A stretch of 63,829 nt of DNA, filler included, from Hausera hauseri (Eukaryota), in assembly GCA_046269625.1 (NCBI GenBank). It is 12 parts of 12 records of this genome, joined end to end, with 100 filler letters (N's around TTAATTAATTAA, not from the genome) between each part and the next. Parts side by side here need not be neighbours in the genome. Positions count along the whole stretch, not along the records: positions 1 to 4,100 come from JBJURY010762318.1; positions 4,201 to 9,933 come from JBJURY010197636.1; positions 10,034 to 17,365 come from JBJURY010022118.1; 9 more parts are not named here. One strand, 5' to 3'. Below, piece by piece: positions 1 through 11,918 of this stretch (positions are counted from its first letter, which is position 1; each line of letters opens with the position of its first letter). Below the pieces are notes generated by a model. It was not told the origin of the DNA, did not search any database, and was given only the letters and a program-made list of their open reading frames with translations. A program made the position numbers and the translations under genes.

Positions 1-172
1 CTGCATTGATATGAGCTTGTCTTCCTTCTGCAGAAAGGACAGGTTTGGCTCTTGGATAGCCATTTATCCGCGCATTTCACGCACATAATATGCGTACATC
101 GTAGTAACGCATAGTTCCTTCCGAGTAGTCCGCAACATATTTCGCATCTCAATGGTGCATACGGATTGTCAT
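1..172 (-). CDS. RING-HC (C3HC4) finger exon, partial; not in the ORF track
   Basis: Manual translation: DNPYAPLRCEICCGLLGRNYALLRCTHIMCVKCADKWLSKSQTCPFCRRKTSSYQC, preceded by a TTCAG acceptor (AG at 174-173). Confidence 0.85.
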
Positions 173-564
173 CTGAATTTCAAATTTATATAACAATTTT
201 ACCTTAAAATTATTGCTCATTTTATCAATATGGTGTCCTCACTCGGGGCACCAGTTTATATGTTGGTGGTACAGGGGTTGTTATTATCAACCTTAAATAA
301 TACCTAACATATAAATTCATATTTTTCATTTATTGTCCTCTCGTTGTCTTCACTGGATTCGAGCTCCTTTAATCTTGAATATTATTCCAACAAATTCGGA
401 CTAGATCTATATCTTTTCTCAAAGTAGGCCATCCTTCGATGTTTAACTATAACATTGCCATCAGTCCCAATAATCTGAAAGATTGCGAGTTCTTCTCTGT
501 TTCGTAACTCTATTTCTGTTTTTTCCTCTCGCATTTCGTTTTTCGCCTCAGAACTCCGTTTGTG

Positions 565-805
565 TTTTTCCTTTCGTGGTTCATTAGTCCATAGCAATAG
601 AATTATAACTTTTATCAACAAAATCGAAAAGGCGTTTTTTCCTTTCGTTCATTAGTCTACAGCAACAGAATTATAATTTTTATCAACAAAATCGAAAAGG
701 CGTTTTTTCCTTTCGTTCATTAGTCTATAGCAACAGAATTATAACTTTTATCAACAAATTAGTCCATATCAACAGAATTATAACTTTTATCAACAAAATC
801 GAAAA
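565..805. repeat. ~68-bp tandem repeat, about 3.3 copies
   Basis: The unit TCATTAGTCYAYAGCAAYAGAATTATAA...AAATCGAAAAGGCG restarts at 581, 649 and 717, followed by a partial copy. Confidence 0.9.
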
Positions 806-1328
806 AAAAAACCTCCGGTTCTGGCATAACTACTATAATTTGACGAAATTATGACAGTAAAACGACAATGGACACTAGTTACTTTATACACAAACCAAAA
901 TCATAAAATATAAGTTAGTAATATATCAAATCAAGGGAAATTTGAAATGATATAAAATATAGGTCTCAATGTTCACATAATTAGTACAATTTAATCGTCT
1001 AAAATATGTTCGCAAAATAATCAATATTAAATTAATCGAATGTTGGACTTTATTCACGCATTAACCAAACTTAAATATAGACATTATCCGTTCTGCTGTG
1101 CATAAATAGATCACAACCTCTGTGTGTCACATCCGTCAGATTCATATTATACGTCACGTCTGTCGGATTCATTTCGTAATCCAAATCATTGCAATCGATC
1201 ACGTCCGTCGCATGTATCAAATAGTGCTAAATTCATCGCCACTCGCCATAGCTCTCGCTTGATCGCCACATTCACTACATATATCTGGAATCACAACAAT
1301 TACCGTGGTCATTCTAGTCTACAATACA

Positions 1329-2166
1329 CTATGAATCAGTACCACAGTTCCGCTGATTGTGCACGGTCAATTCTTGAAATTGGATGGTCAATATGACTAT
1401 TCCTGCCTGAATCCAACGATGGTCTTGTACCACAGTGACCCATAAAATAAAATTTTGTATCGACTCCTGGAATTTATAAACTATTTTAAAATCGACCAAC
1501 TTCAAACCAAATTTATTATCAGCGTTTACACTATGATCGACACGTAATGATTGTTGATACATTGGTTCATAATATTACTCGATCGTAGTTTCTAAGCATC
1601 CGACAGATATCTTTCTATCGTACATTTACAAATTTCGATTCTCTGATCATACCAAATCATTAATCAATTTTCTATAACCATCATTTCGTAGTTGTGATTC
1701 TGAACCACACCTATGATAGTGTATAAATCCATAACTCCACTTCTTTATTATGAGCCATGAGTTTCGCTTATCCCCTTTTCAGATTCCAACCGTTTCATTA
1801 TGCTGAATCAATAAGCTTTCGATTAGATAACAACCACTACTTCCATTGTATCGACATCCGATTTCTGATTTACCTGAATAACTTCATAAAATAGTCCAGA
1901 TAGTACATCCTCCATACTGAACTTTGTATATGAATTTATCATAAGCTGCAGCATCATTCTAATTATATATAATAGTCAATTTTAACCACAAGTTATTTAT
2001 TCAAGATCATAGATCACCAAGTATATCGTGCATACTTCTTTGATATGACTAGACATGCATAAGTCCAATTATCAACCCAAATTTTCATTCCAATCATCTA
2101 TCTGGGTCCAACTGACTTTCTTGGATAATTTTCGATCGGGATTCCGACCTTCTGATTAACGTCATT
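1329..2166 (-). pseudogene. Degenerate ORF of unknown function
   Basis: ORF 1329-1562 extends upstream in frame through isolated stops (HRCGSESQLRNDGYRKLINDLV*SENRNL*...). It lies downstream of a TATA/CRE promoter on the same strand. Confidence 0.4.
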
Positions 2167-2432
2167 CCAATTTAATTTCATAAAATTTATTTATATGACA
2201 AATCAATACAATAAAAAATAAAAGAAAAACATAAACATTAATAAGTCGAGAGAATGCATACCTAATTCTCCTTCAAACGAATTGTTGGTATCGTGGTTTT
2301 CGGCCATGTTTCTGTGGAAAAATAATAATAACAAAAAATTTCATATCAAGGCCTAACCTGCAGGAATCGAGGTTCAAAGTTTAAATTTTCTTGAGTGCAA
2401 GTTGTAAGTTAAGTGTAAGTTTTTCAGAGAGG

Positions 2433-2493
2433 TATTTATACTTGGTGGTTGCTATTTTGGGAGTGACGTCATTTTATTTTCAAAATGACGTCA
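2433..2493 (-). promoter_or_regulatory. TATA box with two upstream CRE/ATF palindromes
   Basis: TATAAATA on the minus strand at 2433-2440; perfect TGACGTCA at 2464-2471 and 2486-2493. Confidence 0.6.
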
Positions 2494-2624
2494 TTCTATT
2501 TTAAATTTTTGGTTTTTACCACTGGAAATTCCAAAATCTATTTTTGATATAGATACGGAATATGATCGAAATCGAAACTTAATACAATAATTGCACTATA
2601 ATTTTCAATAATTCATTTTTAATA

Positions 2625-2766
2625 TCGAAACGTATAATTCTATTAAATTTCAACAATTCATTTATTCATTTTAATACCTCACATAACATAATAATTCGAA
2701 ACGTATAATTCTATTAAATTTCAACAATTCATTTATTCATTTTAATACCTCACATAACATAATAAT
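2625..2766. repeat. 71-bp direct tandem duplication
   Basis: TCGAAACGTATAATTCTATT...CATAATAAT starts at 2625 and again at 2696. Confidence 0.9.
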
Positions 2767-3484
2767 TAATTCTTTCTGCTCTACTACTTTCATGTTACTG
2801 AATAACGCACTCTCTCGGCTTACCAACAGGGTTAGGGGTACATCAATTTTACAAAATACAGAGAGAATAGGAATGTCCATCATGTGGGACTTAACATATT
2901 ATAACGAAAGATAATGAAGAAAAACAAAAGATAATAAACAAATGGTTTATTTCATTTAACATGTTTGTCCAAAATGTTGTTTGAAGTGTAAATGTGCATT
3001 TTTATCAATGAATTAATCACAAAGGGGTTTGTCCAAAATGTTGTTTAAGGAGTCGTAACAATTGACATGACAGCCCCTTTCACCTAAAATGTATTAATTA
3101 ACGTAACTTGATTAGTATTTAATTAATAAATTAATAAGTAGGTGAAAAACAACAGCACAAATTAATTTACTTTATAACGATAAAATTAAAAGCAAAACTT
3201 TTATGATCAAACCAACTAGTTAAAATGTGAAGGAACTTATTCATTTTCAATGATGTTGTACAAAAAGATTCGAGTATGAAAATAGCAAAAATTCCGTTTT
3301 TCGGAGTACCAGAATTCTTGTATTTTTGTGTTCAATTCCCAACTACAGGATTTACTTTTATACAGTGGTTAGACTACCAATGCAAAGCTGTCAGTATGTC
3401 ATCCTTATCGGATCTATCTGCACACAACAGCAACTGCAACAGTTTTGTAAAAATAAAATAAATCTTGACCAGTAGTGGTATCTT

Positions 3485-4040
3485 TCAAGGATTCCATTGA
3501 TAGTAATTATTCAGTAATAATAAATTACTTATTAACTCATCTGATGAAAACAAGTAACTGGGCTGTGTTTTGGGTATCTGTACGTTAGTCCAAAGCCAAA
3601 GAAAACCACTCAAATGATTTACCGAAGTTGAGTAGTTGATCTCGTAAATTTTCGCCAATTTCATCAATTTTACGAACAACAGTTCTGGAAACACTTTCCA
3701 CTTTACCCTTGACTTCTGGGCATAAAACATTGACATCCTTAAGCACGCACTCTTTAACAAATTCCCCATCGGAAAATGGCTTGCTTTTCTCGGCTAGCAT
3801 ATGAGTAACCATGAAGCTGACGAAATGAAACAGTTTATTGCTGCTTCATCAACTCTTTTTTTAGTTCCAATTGTGACACATTTTGTCCATAATCCTTGTG
3901 CTTGAATTGATAGTATCTCTTCAGATTGTATTTCTTAAACACGGCTGTGGTGCTCACCTTGCCATTTTTTTCTTGTAAAATTTTGTTCTAATATTCAAAA
4001 AATTGACACTTTCAATTTTTTGATATATTCTGACATGCTT
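3485..4040 (-). mobile_element. hAT (Charlie/Buster, GTF2IRD2-like) transposase fragment, degenerate
   Basis: KPFSDGEFVKEC, RTVVRKIDEI, FSLALD and (frameshifted) TAQLLVFIR motifs typical of Charlie/SPIN-type transposases. Confidence 0.85.
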
Positions 4041-4074
4041 CTATCAATACAATTTAACAAACGTTGAACATTAC

Positions 4075-4100
4075 TGTGGTGCCGCGGACTCGGGCAACAT
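4075..4100 (+). mobile_element. Probable 5' terminus of a Gypsy LTR-like segment, cut by the contig end
   Basis: TGTGGTGCC start identical to the segments at 7468 and 10709, with an abrupt switch to GC-rich sequence. Confidence 0.5.
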
Positions 4101-4200
4101 NNNNNNNNNNNNNNNNNNNNNNNNNNNNNNNNNNNNNNNNNNNNTTAATTAATTAANNNNNNNNNNNNNNNNNNNNNNNNNNNNNNNNNNNNNNNNNNNN
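4101..4200. other. Artificial contig spacer (first of 11)
   Basis: Exactly 100 bp, N44-TTAATTAATTAA-N44 (stops in all six frames). Also at 9934-10033, 17366-17465, 22991-23090, 29893-29992, 34073-34172, 38217-38316, 42294-42393, 48702-48801, 53992-54091 and 59617-59716. Confidence 0.98.
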
Positions 4201-7200
4201 TTCACTCGACGAAATCACTTCATCCAACACCATTTTCAATTCGACCATCTTACACCAAATACCACTTGACTGCACATCACAAAACAATTCACAAATCGCA
4301 TCCATTACTACCCAAGCTGCTTCACCATCATCACAGAATCTATCACAGTTGCCTAAAACTTTACAGCAATTCGTTACCACATCATGTACACGCGTACTTG
4401 AAAAAGGTCGTTCGTTTACCCCTACAACCAGCACTGTACATCACATAGTTACACAGCATCAACGACCAATACGTCAAAAGGTACGACCACTGTCACCTCG
4501 TTGTAGACAGGCTGTAGAAACCGAATTTCTTGAACTAGAACGCTCCGGAATTGTACGCCGTTCCAAATTTCCTTGGTCGTCACCTTTACACGTGGTACAA
4601 AAAAGGATGGTACTTTTAGACCATGCGGTGACTACCGATAGTTAAACAACTTGACCATCATGAATGCCTACCCGTTAGCACTCATCAAGGACATCCTGCA
4701 TTACCTTAATTCAACTATTATTTATTCGACCATCGATTTGGCCAAAGCATACCACCAAATACCGGTGGCACCCGAATACATAAAAAAACTGCTGTTACTA
4801 CTCCTTTTGGGCTCTACGAGTACCTGTTTATGCCATTCTGTTTGTGAAATGACACCCAGACTTTCCACTGACATATCGATTCAATTCTCTCAAATTTCCC
4901 GTTTGCGCCCCTTTACATTGATGATATTCTGATCGTTTTGTCTTCGGTCAAACAACACGAGGAACACGTTTGCGCAATATTCCAAGGCCTCCACCACCAT
5001 TATCTCTTAGTCAGTTTCGACAAATGCCATTTTTCAAAAAACATCAAGTTTTTAGGCCACGCTACTTCACCATACGGCCACTATCCTTAACCAGACCGAG
5101 TTGAAGCCCTTAAAAATATCCAGTTACCACGTACGACCATCGAAATGCGCAGCTTCCTTGGTACACTACACTTTATACATAAATATGTATTATATTGCTC
5201 CGAATTGGCAGCACCATTTGCACACTTAAGCGGTGGCAAAAAATATCAGACAATCCATTGGACACCTGAGTTGGTAGACAAATTTGATAAGTTACGCGAA
5301 GGAATTAAGACCGTGGACATTTTCGCTTTCCCCAAGCCTGATGCAGAACTCATCCTTACTACAGACGCTTCAACCACTACGGTAGGTGTTGTACTCCACC
5401 AGACCTACAAAGGAGAAAATCAACCGCTACAATTTTTCTCTCGCAAAATAACATCCCCTGAAACCAGATATTCGACGTTTGATCGACAGTTATTGGCCAT
5501 CGTTCTTGCTTTAAAGCATTTCTCCCACCTATTTGTCGCTAGCAATTTAATACACAAACCGATCACAAACCCTTACTTAACATCATAGCTATGAAACATC
5601 CTTCCACACGCCAAGAACTACAGATATCATACTTGTCGACATTTAACCTCGACATAAAATATATTAATGGGGTTAATAATTTAGTTGCCAATTTTTTATC
5701 TAGGTCGGTTAGTTCGATTAATTTTTCACCGATTTTTACGCAAGCTTAACTTCAACAGAACCAGCCACCTCAAGACATACTTAATTCTTTTAAGTCTTGC
5801 ACAATTGTTGGCGGCGCGGATTTAGACACTTCCAAACCAGGTCATTCCGTAATAATTCACGCACCATCATTGAAAAGGCAAGCATTTAATAGCGTACATT
5901 TGCTACACCACCCTGATCCTAAGCGACTTTTCGTTTACTCCATCGACAAGTAATTTGGCCGTCAATGCGTTCTGATGTGCCGGCATGGGTTAAAGAGTGT
6001 GTGGTTTGCCAAAAATACAAAACAACTAAGCATTTAAAGCCACTACTGTTCCACTTCCCCTTCACATCGCGTTTTGAATCCGTGCATATCGACATCGTTG
6101 GTTGTCTTCCTCCAGACAACGGTCATCAGTTCATTCTCACCAAGATGGACCGTTCCTCGCGATGGACAGAAGCCATCCCTCTGTGGAGCACGAACACCGA
6201 TACCATAGCTGACGTTTTCATTCGCACATAGATTAACAGATTTGGATCACCTTGCTTCATCATCACGGACCAGGGTCCACAGTTTGAATCCAACCTGTTC
6301 AAATCCCTTGTTAACCGATTGGGGATCTATCTCATACATATTACGCCTTACCATCCCCAATCGAATGGCCTCCTAGAACGCTTCCACCAAAAATTAAAAA
6401 CGTCACTAAGAATCCTTTCAGAGTCCAACACTAGTTGGACAAATCTTCTTCCGTTTGTTCTGCTTGGCTGGCGGAACAATCCGTCTACTTCCACGAGATG
6501 CTCACCTACTAAAGCCTTATTCGGAGCTCCTGTATGATAATTGTTCGAACTAACCGCCCTAGACGACACTGCTACAGATAAACCGATACGGGCGGCACAA
6601 AGTCACTTTGTTGCGGTCAGCAAATACTCGTTCTGCAGGTTATTCCATAAAGACAAAATATATTTACCGAATATTTGTATTCGGCAAAATTTGTATGGCT
6701 AAAGTATCAAACGCCGTGCTGTTTCCGACCGCGGTATCTGGGGCCCTATAAACTATTACAGCTGCATTCACATAATGTTATTATCTCTAAAGATGGCAAA
6801 GAACTTACAGCACAAATTACCAACTTAAAGCCCATCTTCTTTGTCGACGACACTTCACCAATCGAAACGTCAACCTCTTTTCTCAATCCTGCATTCCTTG
6901 CTGTTCCTTTATCTGTTCCAACACCAGTTTCACCTCCTCTTTCGGCTTCTGATTCTGTTTCGTTATTCTCCACACCTTCTACATCCATTCCTATCTCTCT
7001 TCATTTCTCTACCACTCCTTCAGCCTCACTTTTTACTTCTACTCCTTTGTCTAACATAATTCCGATTTCTACTTTAATTTTCGTCTCTCCTCCTTAATCC
7101 GCTACTTCACCTTTTGTCACTCCTTTATCTTCTAGCCTTCTCTCGAACACCTTCAACCATCCATCTTAAACAATCACTCTTCATCCTTTACCTTTTTCTT

Positions 7201-7570
7201 CTCTTTATTCAGACTCGTCTTTGCACGACACAACACTCACAACAAAATCTGACTATTTCTTCCCCAAATTCAAACTTTGCAAACAAACACACAGCATAGA
7301 GACAAAACTCGCAGTCACATTTAGCAAGTATAGCAGGGAAAAATCAGTAGAAGGTACCCAACGTTTTGTTTACACTAAGACCAAATGACACAGACACTTT
7401 TCGTTTAGCGATTTTTTATTCCCGTCTGTTATGCTCTTTATAGTTTTTATTTTGCCACGGGTGGTGATGTGGTGCCCACGTCGGCCGGTGCCCTTTGGCC
7501 CACTTGGTCGGGCGCGGCCGGGCGTCTGTAGCCACTGCGTCGGGCCCATAGTCGAGCCCTATCTTTCGCA
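4201..7570 (+). mobile_element. Ty3/Gypsy (CsRn1-like) copy 1, subfamily A: RT-RNaseH-integrase, PPT and short LTR-like segment; degenerate
   Basis: PWSSPLHVV, DLAKAYHQIP, YIDD, TDAS, YSTFDRQLLA, HIDIVG and YHPQSNG motifs; S/P/T-rich IN tail; GGGTGGTGA followed by TGTGG at 7468. Confidence 0.95.
7468..7570 (+). repeat. 103-nt GC-rich LTR/U3-like segment after the PPT
   Basis: Starts with TG immediately after the PPT; homologous to 17686-17788(-) and 10607-10709(-); homology ends at the same position in all three. Confidence 0.85.
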
Positions 7571-7934
7571 TCGAAAATTTCTGATTTTTGCTCAAAATAC
7601 CTTTTCTATTATTAATAATTACTAGAAATGTTTTCAAGACGATTTTACCAGTTAACAAAAACTGAGGTGTCCTTAGATAGTCGTTTTGGTACAATGCCAG
7701 CATTGATGGAAAAGGAAGATTACGTATATCAGACAAATCATCCAAACCAACTGTGCAGCAAATGGCAGAATACGCTTCACAATTGATTTTAAAAATTGAA
7801 TTTCTCAGCCATATTACGTTTTGTCAAAAATCTTGCTATTCAGTTACAATCGAACGTTTCTAGCTTCAATTTCGATTTTATTTGTCAAGTACAAGGATGT
7901 GTCAGATTCTAACGGTTTGAATTTGTAATTATCA
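7571..7934 (+). pseudogene. Unidentified host-like 5'UTR plus N-terminal coding fragment
   Basis: AT-rich leader, then ATG at 7628 (MFSRRF...), continuing after a frameshift as SFWYNASIDGKGRLRISDKSSKPTVQQMAEYASQL. Confidence 0.35.
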
Positions 7935-9400
7935 TTACCCAACATACGTCGTTATTTTTGCGAGGATATCACAGTCTGTTTTCCTACTACATCGTTCCTT
8001 AATTCTTATAATTTCTTCTTCAATCACGTTCGTTTTAGTTTCTTTGGAAATGGCTGAGTTATAATTTATAAAAATATCTTTCAGAGCCGGTTTCTTATAA
8101 AAGTTAAGCTCGTGGGTCCCGTTTTTGTTAATTGTAATGGTGAAATCTAGCAGACTTAATGAGTTTTCTTGGGTTGGGTGTTCTATTTCAAATTTGATAT
8201 TGTTATGTAAGGCATTCATATCTGAATATATTTTATTTGATTCTTCTTTACTTTTACACAATATGAATATGTCATCAACGTATCGTTTGTAAAGAATAAT
8301 GTTATTATTCAAAATTATTTTACTTTCGATATAGTCCATGAAGAGGATGGCTAATGTTCCTGATAAACAGCTACCCATTGGCAATCCAGAGACTTGTTTA
8401 AATATTTCGTTGTTAAATGTAAAATACGTTGTGTTGATGACAGATTCCAAGAGTTTTCTTATATCTTCTACCTTTATACCGTGATAATTAAAGTTCTTAT
8501 TACTTAGTCTTTGGCAAATATTTAGTACTGCATCTTGAGAGGGAATTGAGGTGTATAGAGCAACAACATCCAAACTAAATGGGTAATTGTTATTTCTTAG
8601 TGTTTCTTTCCCTAGATTCCTGATTGATTTTATTAATTCCATACTACTTTCTAAGTGAGCAGGGCAATCTTTAAGGAGCGGTTTAAGTAGGAATTGGAGA
8701 AACCAGGAGATTTTAGTGTTAGGTGAATTTATATTTGATACTATTGGGCGCACTTTAATTTCATTTCCTATCTTGTGGGTTTTAATGAGGCTGTAAAATC
8801 TAGCGATATTAGAGTTGTGGGTGGTAAACGATTTTTGAATCGGTTTGGAGAGTTTGGCGGACTTACATATATCGACCCATGTTCTATTGATTTTGGACTC
8901 TAAGGTAGAAGGTTGAATTTTTCTAACTACTTGATAAACAGAGTTGTCGCTTAGGTGTTTTCTGGTAGCCTCATTATACTTATTTTCGTTAATAACGCAA
9001 AATTCTTTACCCTTGTCGCTTGGTAGGAAAACTAGATCTTTTTTTCTTAAGTATTTTTAAGATTTGGAGTTCTTCTTTACTTATATTATATTTAGTGGAT
9101 TTAGGGATTTCATCATTGATTTTAGAATAAATTCTTTTTAACCTATATCCAATTCCTTATTAGCATTTTGAATATGAGACAGTTTTTATAGGGCTATCTT
9201 ATAAATGGTTGATCGACTTTATTTAATTTAGTGAGGTTATCGTTCCATAATATTTGGTAAGCAAGACGGCAAAAGTTAGTAGTAATATTATTAAGCGTCT
9301 TAGTGTTAATTGGTTTTTGAAGAACAGAGTTTCAAATTTTCAACTGTTTTATAATTTCAACTGTTGAGTAGTAGATATTTTTGGCAATCTTAACACATTC
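7935..9400 (-). mobile_element. Penelope-like element RT, 3'-truncated (no GIY-YIG endonuclease seen)
   Basis: LPSDKGKEF, FYSLIKTHK, RPIVS, SLDVVALYTSIP, GLPMGSCLS, RYVDD and LSLLD motifs in a long frame from about 9050 to 7935. Confidence 0.92.
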
Positions 9401-10033
9401 CGTGAGGGAAATGAGTTAACACGGACTTCACATGGTATTGCTAGGGAGCCGGAGTGGTGGACTACAGGAATCGTTTGAAAGCGGGTGTTCGGTAAAGGTC
9501 AAATAACGCATTATCTATTTATAGACGTGTGTGCTAGTCGTGCCGTACATTATAACTATCGGTCATTCACTATCGGCGAAATAATACTTTTGTGAAACGT
9601 TCTCTGTTTTGTTCTTGCGTATATTCCGCTGTTAAAATTTATTCTATAGAAAAATATGACATCTCTTCAAAATGCTTTATTATTTATGTATTTTATAAAT
9701 TAAATATAATTTGTTGTTAAATGTAAATAAATTTTCAATATTATAAAATAGATTTATTCAAAATATTGATAGGATATGGAATATTGTAATTGTTTATAAA
9801 TTAAAATAAAATTTGTTTGAATTGTAACAAATGAATCATCATAAGATAAAAAATTGAACGATTTATTTAAAAATAAGTATTATTTGATAAGATATAGTTA
9901 TTTAAAAGTGAAGCGTAATTTCACGCGAAAATANNNNNNNNNNNNNNNNNNNNNNNNNNNNNNNNNNNNNNNNNNNNTTAATTAATTAANNNNNNNNNNN
10001 NNNNNNNNNNNNNNNNNNNNNNNNNNNNNNNNN

Positions 10034-10541
10034 ACTTAATCTTCTTGATGTTGGCCGGATTCCCCAACTAATCAGTCAGGTTCCAACAGCCATATCATCT
10101 GGAAGACAAGTCCGTTACAACTGACATTAAATTTTTCGTAGCATTTTCCATGAGCTGATATTCTTTGGCAACGAGACCAATCGGTTACTGCTGAGGAAAA
10201 GATTTCCAACGTTCAAATTTACAAACCAATGGATGAATTGTTGTTAAATGATTAAAGCTTAAATCCGGTATTTCCAAAAAGATAAAATTACTAATGTTTA
10301 ACGGAAGGCAAAGGAGCATATTATGAGAACAAATAAATATTTCCAAAGAACTCACTTCCGTAATAATATCCGGAATTGTTGTCAGATGATTTTCACTGAT
10401 ATCCATAGAATTTACATCATTAATGGGTAAGGCCAAATTATTTTAGATATTTTAATTCCAGTTTTACGAAAATAAATTTCCCACTTTGCTGGGTTTTGGA
10501 AATTGCTGATAGTAGATTTTTATTCATATTCCATCATCCAT
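10034..10541 (-). pseudogene. Leucine-rich repeat protein N-terminal fragment (LRRC40-like)
   Basis: LxxLxLxxNxL repeats (MDISENHLTTIP, ICSHNMLLCLP, DLSFNHLTTIH). N-terminus MNKNLLSAISKTQQSGKF starts at ATG 10527; frameshifted. Confidence 0.7.
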
Positions 10542-10606
10542 TTTCAACAGGAAAAAATTGTGTTTCGGTATTTGAAGTACAAAAAAATTTCAGATTAGAT
10601 TCTTAG

Positions 10607-10709
10607 AACAAAGAGTCGGATCCGACTATTGATCCGACGCGGTGATAACGGAAGCCTGGCCGTGCCCAAGCAAATGGGCCAAAGGGCACCGGCCGCTATG
10701 GGCACCACA
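10607..10709 (-). repeat. 103-nt LTR/U3-like segment with no preceding PPT
   Basis: TGTGGTGCCCATAGCGGCCGGTGCCCTTTGGCCCA... aligns with 7468-7570. Confidence 0.85.
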
Positions 10710-10712
10710 CAT

Positions 10713-11580
10713 TGTACTGTAGAATATGCTACAGAATTGCATTCGCTAACGGTAGAGGTTGCCGCAAAGCCAACACCTCTATGCTGTTGCATTTTAGTTG
10801 AAAGGGCATCTATGATACAGACCATAATTGGTAGTGCAGCGGTACAAGAAGTCATCCAGTCGACATCTCCTAAATTCACTCCCACTCGACAATGGCTTTA
10901 TTGTCATGTTCTTGAAATCCTCCACAACTCGAATATAACAATGTTGCAGAACACAGCAGCTGACTGTAGTTTGTGTAGCCAACATTGTGATACAATGTTC
11001 ACAAGTAAATCTCGACAGAAAGTGTCAAAGCTAGACCACTTTATTTTCGGTACCTGTGCAATTGGCCATATAAATTTCAAAAACTCCTACATTTTGGAAA
11101 TCGAAAGTGGACCCAAAAAACTTTTCGCGACTGATACGGATAACATTGAAAAATCGCACCTTAATCGACAATTTCTATTTTGTACTCAAGACACACAAAA
11201 AAGGAAATCAGCATTCGCCGTTAAGACTGATAGAACTATGAATCTAGAGAGTGGCTTCGAAGCCTATCATGATCTTATTTGCAAAATAATCAAACGTGTT
11301 AGTAAGAAAATTATTCCCCAAAGACTTAATGTTATCGATAATACTTTCGACACTACTCGAAATAACATGTCTAGGTTTTGAACTCTTAGTCGAAAACCCT
11401 TTTCGTATTCTGGAACTCTTGACATTAAAGGACATTTTTAAGTGACTGTACTGTTCCTAACAAACTCTTTTTATCATTACAAGATCCACCAGAAAAGGTC
11501 ATTCCCGTCTGCACATTAAAAAATATATCACATCTAATTGAACGTCCCCTACTTTGGGTTAGGGATCTATGTCAGGGTCC
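10713..11580 (+). pseudogene. UBA1: Ubiquitin-activating enzyme E1 internal fragment, degenerate, no introns evident
   Basis: IGSAAVQEVIQSTSPKFTPTRQWLY, G-x-x-AIG, TDTDNIEKSHLNRQFLF and SGTLDIKG, then (frameshifted) QDPPEKVIPVCTLKN...WVRD, which includes the catalytic-Cys motif. Confidence 0.9.
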
Positions 11581-11690
11581 AATTATATACCCGTCACGTC
11601 GTACGCCCGCTGTTTGCCCCATGGCCGTGGGTCGCGCGGCGCGCAGTGCGTTGGTTACCGCATCGCGCCCATGGCTCCAGCCAGCCCACT

Positions 11691-11918
11691 TTTTCCATTT
11701 TCATTTTTACATACAACATACACATCCACACACATACCGCAAATCATGATACCTTAGGAAAAGAGCTACATACTTCAATCTTACACTCCACCGACAAGTC
11801 TGACTTTGCCTTGTTTTTCAATAGCTTCATCATCCGTACACATGATTGTCTGTGTAGCTTTCTTTTGCATCCTTTTTTATCCATTTGTGTCACGCTTCAG
11901 CCTAAACTTTATGGTGGT
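11691..11918 (+). CDS. Ubiquitin-like domain at the Gag N-terminus (copy 2)
   Basis: FSIFIFTYNIHIHTHTANHDTLGKELHTSILHSTDKSDFALFFNSFIIRTHDCLCSFLLHPFLSICVTLQPKLYGG, 76 aa, in frame with the Gag CVDFF..WL segment. Confidence 0.75.

Noticed and set aside
565-805. CRISPR-like array
   Set aside because: The units are contiguous tandem copies without unique spacers, the context is eukaryotic, and there are no cas genes.
4101-4200. TTAATTAATTAA as a biological repeat, ORFs running into X residues, and gene neighbourhoods across N-runs
   Set aside because: It is an assembly linker. Adjacency across it (e.g. Notch-like gene next to the env element, env element next to PolB) carries no information.
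5919-6119. Recurrent antisense ORF MSGGR.PTMSICTDSK (also 19143-19421 and 37886-38098)
   Set aside because: It is the reverse complement of the conserved integrase region in related copies, with no independent evidence of coding.
7935-9933. Hammerhead ribozyme associated with the Penelope-like element
   Set aside because: By eye I found no CTGANGA...GAAA core with flanking stems on either strand. An Infernal/RNAMotif search would be needed to exclude it.
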